DNA of 64,000 nucleotides, taken from NCBI GenBank assembly GCA_038212275.1, contig JBBQUR010000002.1:232778-296777 (forward strand), given 5' to 3'. A program made the translations under genes and the position numbers. This document shows, one piece after another, positions 60,332 to 64,000 of this stretch (position 1 is its first letter; each line of letters starts with the position of its first letter). Source of the DNA: Planctomycetota bacterium. GTDB taxonomy: Bacteria > Planctomycetota > B15-G4. Below the pieces are notes generated by a model that saw only the letters and a program-made list of their open reading frames with translations, did no database searches and was not told the origin of the DNA.

Positions 60332-63019
60332 ATGTCGGCTGCCATGGGACACGAAGGGCGGTTGCATGCGATCATGCGCCGCCATGCGCCGCCTGCGAAC
60401 CGAACCGTGAGCGAGACGCCGCGGCACAACCTGCTGGAGTTTCTCGCGGTCTGGCTGGAGGATCGCGAGGCCGGGCGCGAGCGAACGCTGACCGCCTACC
60501 AGGCGCTCTTTCCGGGGGACGCGACAGGCATCGCCGAGGAATGGGAACGAGCGCATCAGGCCCGCGCGACTCGAGGCGGAGCGACACACTCCGGCGCGAC
60601 GGGCAGCAGCCCTGCGGCGGCGCGCGTCGGCTCGGCGCCGGTCATGCCGGAGCGCGTGGCGCACTTCCGCCTCGTGCGCGAGCTGGGGCGTGGAGGCCAG
60701 GCTCGCGTGTGGCTGGCCGAGGATGAGCGCCTCGGGCGCCGCGTCGCACTGAAGCTCGTGCCGCGCTCGCCGCTCGCCGAGGACCTGGCGCCGCGACTGC
60801 TGCGCGAGGTGCGCACCGCGTCGCGGCTCGATCACCCCGGCCTCTGCGCCGTCCACGATGCGGGCCTGGACGGCGCGCTGGCGTGGATTGCGCTGCGCTA
60901 CGTCGAGGGCGAGACGCTGGCTGCTCGCCTCGCTGCAGAACGCGCGGGAACGGTCGCGCGCACGCAGGTCGAACAGGTGCTGCGCGAGGGCGAGGCACTG
61001 GCGCGCGCGCTGGCCGTCGCGCACGAGGCCTGCATCGTGCATCGCGACGTGAAGCCCGGCAACGTGATGATCGCGCCGGACGGCACGCCCGTGCTGCTGG
61101 ACTTCGGAGTCGCACTGGAGGACGACGGCGCCGCGCCGATCACGCTCACCGGCGAGGCGCCCGGCACTCCCGCCTACATGGCTCCGGAGCGACTCGCCGG
61201 GCACTCGCATGCTGACGCGCGCAGCGACGTGTGGAGTCTCGGCGTCACGCTCTTCGAGGCGCTCACGCTGCGGCGGCCCTTCGAGGGGGCAACGCGCGCG
61301 GCCGAGACGCGCGCCGTCCTGGAGGGCACCGCGCCCGACGTGCGCAGCCTGCGCCCCGAACTGGACCGCGACGTGTCGCTCGTGCTGGCCACCGCGCTGG
61401 CCACGAGCCCCGCGGACCGCTACGCCACCGCACTGGACATGGCCGAGGACCTGCGCCGCGCGCGGCTGCACGAGACGCTGCGTGCCCGTCCCGCAGGTCC
61501 CGCACTGCGGCTGCTGCGCTGGAGCCGGCGCCGCCCGGCGCTGGCGGGCAGTCTCGCGGCGCTGGCCCTCGCGCTCATCGGCGGTCTGGCGCTCAGCACC
61601 TGGCAATGGTTGCGCGCCCGCGATGCGCTGCACGAGAGCGAGGCGCTCTTCGGCGACGTCACGCACCTGGCCGACGGCCTGGCGGTGGCGCGCCTGCTGC
61701 AGGGCTTCGACGCGCTCTGGCCGGCGCTGGACACGCGCGCGGAGCGCTTCGAGGCATGGCTCGACGGCGCCGAGCGCTTCCACTCGCACCTCGCGGAATA
61801 CGAAGCCGTGCTGGCCGCCGCGCGCGCCCGGCTCGCCGACGGCACGGCGCGCCCCACCGACGAGTGGCTGGCCGAGGGCCTGGCCGAGCTGCTCGCGCGG
61901 CGTGCGGAAGTGGATGCGCTGGTTCCGCGCGTGCAGGCCGGCCTCGCTTTCGCGCGCGACGTGCGCAGGCGCTCGATCGACGAGGCAGGCGCCTTGTGGG
62001 AACGCGCCGCGCGCGAACTGGCCGCCGATCCCCGCTTCGACGGCGTGGTGCTGGAGCCGCAGCTCGGGCTGCTCCCGCTGGGCGCCGATCCTGACAGCGG
62101 CCTGCAGGAATTCGCTCAGCTTGCCAGCGGAGCCCCGCCCGTGCGCGACGCGATCGACGGCCATCTGCACCTCGGCCTCGACACCGGCGTGGTGCTCGTG
62201 CTGCTGCCCGGGGGCCGCACGCGAGTCGGTGCCGTGCCGCCCGGTGCGGCGCACCAGGCAGCAGACGCCGCAGGCGCGGCAGACGCGGCAGGCGCCGACG
62301 ACACGAGCGGCGATCTCGTCGACCCGCTCGCGTGGCGCTGGGACGGCCCGACAGTGCACGTGCGGCTCGATCCGTTCTTCCTCGCCAGGCACGAGTTCAC
62401 GCAGGGGCAGTGGGCGCGTCAGACCGCGAGCAATCCGAGCACATACCAGGCGGCCACCACGCCGCGACTGCCGGGGCCCGGCGACAGACACCCCGTGGAA
62501 CTCGTGAGCTGGGACGACAGCACACGCGTGCTCGCCGAGCTGGACCTGCAACTGCCCTCCGAGGCTCAGTGGGAATACGGCGCGCGCGCCGGCACCACGA
62601 CGCCGTGGTGGACGGGCGCCACGCGCGACACGCTGCAAGGCGCCGCAAACCTGGCGGACCGCTCGGCTCGCGCGACGACCACCGCGCACAACTGGCAGTT
62701 CGAGGAAGACCTCGACGACGGCTTCGAGGTCCACGCGCCCGTGGGCAGCTTTGCCGCCAACCCCTTCGGGCTGCACGACGTCTCCGGCAATGTCGCCGAG
62801 TGGTGCGCCGACGGCTTCGAGGACTGGGCCGCCGTCCCGCCCCGCGACGGCGACGGCCGCGCGATCGGCGCCGAGCGGACCCATCCGCATCGCGGCGGGC
62901 ATTTCACGAGCGACGCCGTGCGCGCCCGCAGCAGCGCCCGCGATGGCTTCGAAGCCTTCGTGCGCGCCCCCGACATCGGCCTGCGCGCGTCACGCCCGCT
63001 GCGATCCGGCGGCCACTGA
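60332..63019 (+). CDS. Ser/Thr protein kinase with TM and C-terminal FGE-sulfatase (SUMF1) domain
   Basis: LGRGGQARV, VALK, HRDVKPGN, DFG, GTPAYMAPE, SDVWSLG; LPSEAQWEY..RAG, NPFGLHDVSGNVAEW, RGG; exact start uncertain. Confidence 0.9.
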   Translation: MSAAMGHEGRLHAIMRRHAPPANRTVSETPRHNLLEFLAVWLEDREAGRERTLTAYQALFPGDATGIAEEWERAHQARATRGGATHSGATGSSPAAARVGSAPVMPERVAHFRLVRELGRGGQARVWLAEDERLGRRVALKLVPRSPLAEDLAPRLLREVRTASRLDHPGLCAVHDAGLDGALAWIALRYVEGETLAARLAAERAGTVARTQVEQVLREGEALARALAVAHEACIVHRDVKPGNVMIAPDGTPVLLDFGVALEDDGAAPITLTGEAPGTPAYMAPERLAGHSHADARSDVWSLGVTLFEALTLRRPFEGATRAAETRAVLEGTAPDVRSLRPELDRDVSLVLATALATSPADRYATALDMAEDLRRARLHETLRARPAGPALRLLRWSRRRPALAGSLAALALALIGGLALSTWQWLRARDALHESEALFGDVTHLADGLAVARLLQGFDALWPALDTRAERFEAWLDGAERFHSHLAEYEAVLAAARARLADGTARPTDEWLAEGLAELLARRAEVDALVPRVQAGLAFARDVRRRSIDEAGALWERAARELAADPRFDGVVLEPQLGLLPLGADPDSGLQEFAQLASGAPPVRDAIDGHLHLGLDTGVVLVLLPGGRTRVGAVPPGAAHQAADAAGAADAAGADDTSGDLVDPLAWRWDGPTVHVRLDPFFLARHEFTQGQWARQTASNPSTYQAATTPRLPGPGDRHPVELVSWDDSTRVLAELDLQLPSEAQWEYGARAGTTTPWWTGATRDTLQGAANLADRSARATTTAHNWQFEEDLDDGFEVHAPVGSFAANPFGLHDVSGNVAEWCADGFEDWAAVPPRDGDGRAIGAERTHPHRGGHFTSDAVRARSSARDGFEAFVRAPDIGLRASRPLRSGGH

Positions 63020-63109
63020 CGGCCCCGCCCGCCCGCTGCACGCCGACACTGTCGGTTCGCGGCAATTCCCGCTTCTTCCCGCTGATCTGAGCCGGCTCGC
63101 GCCAACGTC

Positions 63110-63145
63110 GCGCCGGCCTCGCGCCGGCCTCGCGCCGGCCTCGCG
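63110..63145. repeat. 11-bp tandem repeat (gcgccggcctc) x3 upstream of the ECF sigma gene
   Basis: cgccggcctcgcgccggcctcgcgccggcctcgcg. Confidence 0.6.
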
Positions 63146-63205
63146 CGGTCGGGCTAGACTGCCACGCCGGGTTCTCCTCCACGCGGAGGCGTCTCCGGAA
63201 CCCGC

Positions 63206-63817
63206 ATGCACTCCCGAGACCCCAGCCGCCGAGATGTCTCCACCGATGCGCTGGCGCGCGTCGTGCGCAGCGGCGATGCGGAGGCTTTCGGCGAGGCCTG
63301 GGGCCGCGTGACGCCGGCCGTCTTCGCGTGGGCCAGCCTGCACGTGCGCCCCGCGCTGCGCGCGCGACTCGATCCCGAGGACGTGCTGCAGGAAGTCGCC
63401 TTCCGTGCGTGGACTCGCTTCGGCAGCTGGGATCCGGAGCGCGGCAGCTTCCGCAATTGGGTCTTCGGCATCGCGCGCAACGTGCTGCACGAGGTGCTGC
63501 GCCGGATGGCGGCCGAGGCGCTGACACGCAGCAAGGACATGCTCTCCACGGAAGGCATGGCAGCGCTGCCCGACTCGGCCACCGCGATGACGCGCGTCGT
63601 CGTGCGCGACGAAAGCCTGCTGCGTCTTCTCGGCGCGGTGGAGGCTCTGCCGGACGGCGACCGCCGCCTGCTCCTGTTGCGTGGTCTCGAGGGGCTGTCG
63701 CACACGGAGGTCGCGGAGCTGCTCGACACGACGCCCGATGCCGTGGCCAAGCGCTGGCAGCGGCTGTGCCTGCGGCTGCGCAACCAGCCGCGCTGGGCGG
63801 AACTCGTCGTCGCCTGA
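63206..63817 (+). CDS. ECF RNA polymerase sigma factor
   Basis: DPEDVLQEV, FRNWVFGIARN, LRGLEGLSHTEVAELL...AVAKRWQR. Confidence 0.9.
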   Translation: MHSRDPSRRDVSTDALARVVRSGDAEAFGEAWGRVTPAVFAWASLHVRPALRARLDPEDVLQEVAFRAWTRFGSWDPERGSFRNWVFGIARNVLHEVLRRMAAEALTRSKDMLSTEGMAALPDSATAMTRVVVRDESLLRLLGAVEALPDGDRRLLLLRGLEGLSHTEVAELLDTTPDAVAKRWQRLCLRLRNQPRWAELVVA

Positions 63818-64000
63818 CTCTCGCTTGCGGACGCGGCTGCTCGCCGCGGACGACGCGAGCTCCGCACGAACACAACGCCGGGGTGGGGGGCGCCGCGCGC
63901 CCCCCCGCGGTGGGGGGGGGTCGCCAGCCATGATGGGGGCCGGCCGGGGTTCGGGGTGGTGGGGTGGTGCGGGGTGGGGAGGTTGACCCGGGTGGTTCCG

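Noticed and set aside
60326..62902. 858-aa minus-strand ORF
   Set aside because: Antisense shadow of the kinase-FGE gene

Overview
Very GC-rich bacterial chromosomal window (roughly 70%+ by eye, not computed), probably a Planctomycetota-type genome. That assignment is an inference from the tpiA-secG-(pyrE)-yicC-gmk-rpoZ order, FG-GAP/ASPIC proteins, a sulfotransferase, and a Ser/Thr kinase-FGE fusion beside an ECF sigma factor. About 55 plausible genes are present. Core functions: the mlaFEDAC operon, cystathionine beta-synthase, ogt, a P-type ATPase, priA, mazG, pgpA/pgsA/rimO, ftsK, rpoZ/gmk/yicC/pyrE/secG/tpiA/DAHP synthase and prfC. Accessory genes are interleaved, including two solitary TA cassettes (hicBA, brnTA). 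I saw no rRNA, tRNA, CRISPR array, integrase or transposase. The most interesting unexplained items are: (1) a tightly coupled six-ORF minus-strand operon at 5921-8441 (small Cys protein, two small paralogous proteins, a Pol-beta-type nucleotidyltransferase, a kinase-fold protein and an RDD remnant) divergent from a sulfotransferase; (2) a cytoplasmic alpha/beta-hydrolase-subtilase fusion at 55679-58279; (3) a zincin plus ATP-grasp ligase pair; (4) a secreted CxxCH/prenyltransferase-repeat/ankyrin protein; (5) an orphan DUF2063-like gene; (6) several collapsed gene remnants and an in-frame TAG in a TMTC-like gene. Family assignments come from motif recognition by eye, with no database searches. 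Many start codons were moved downstream of the ORF-track starts.
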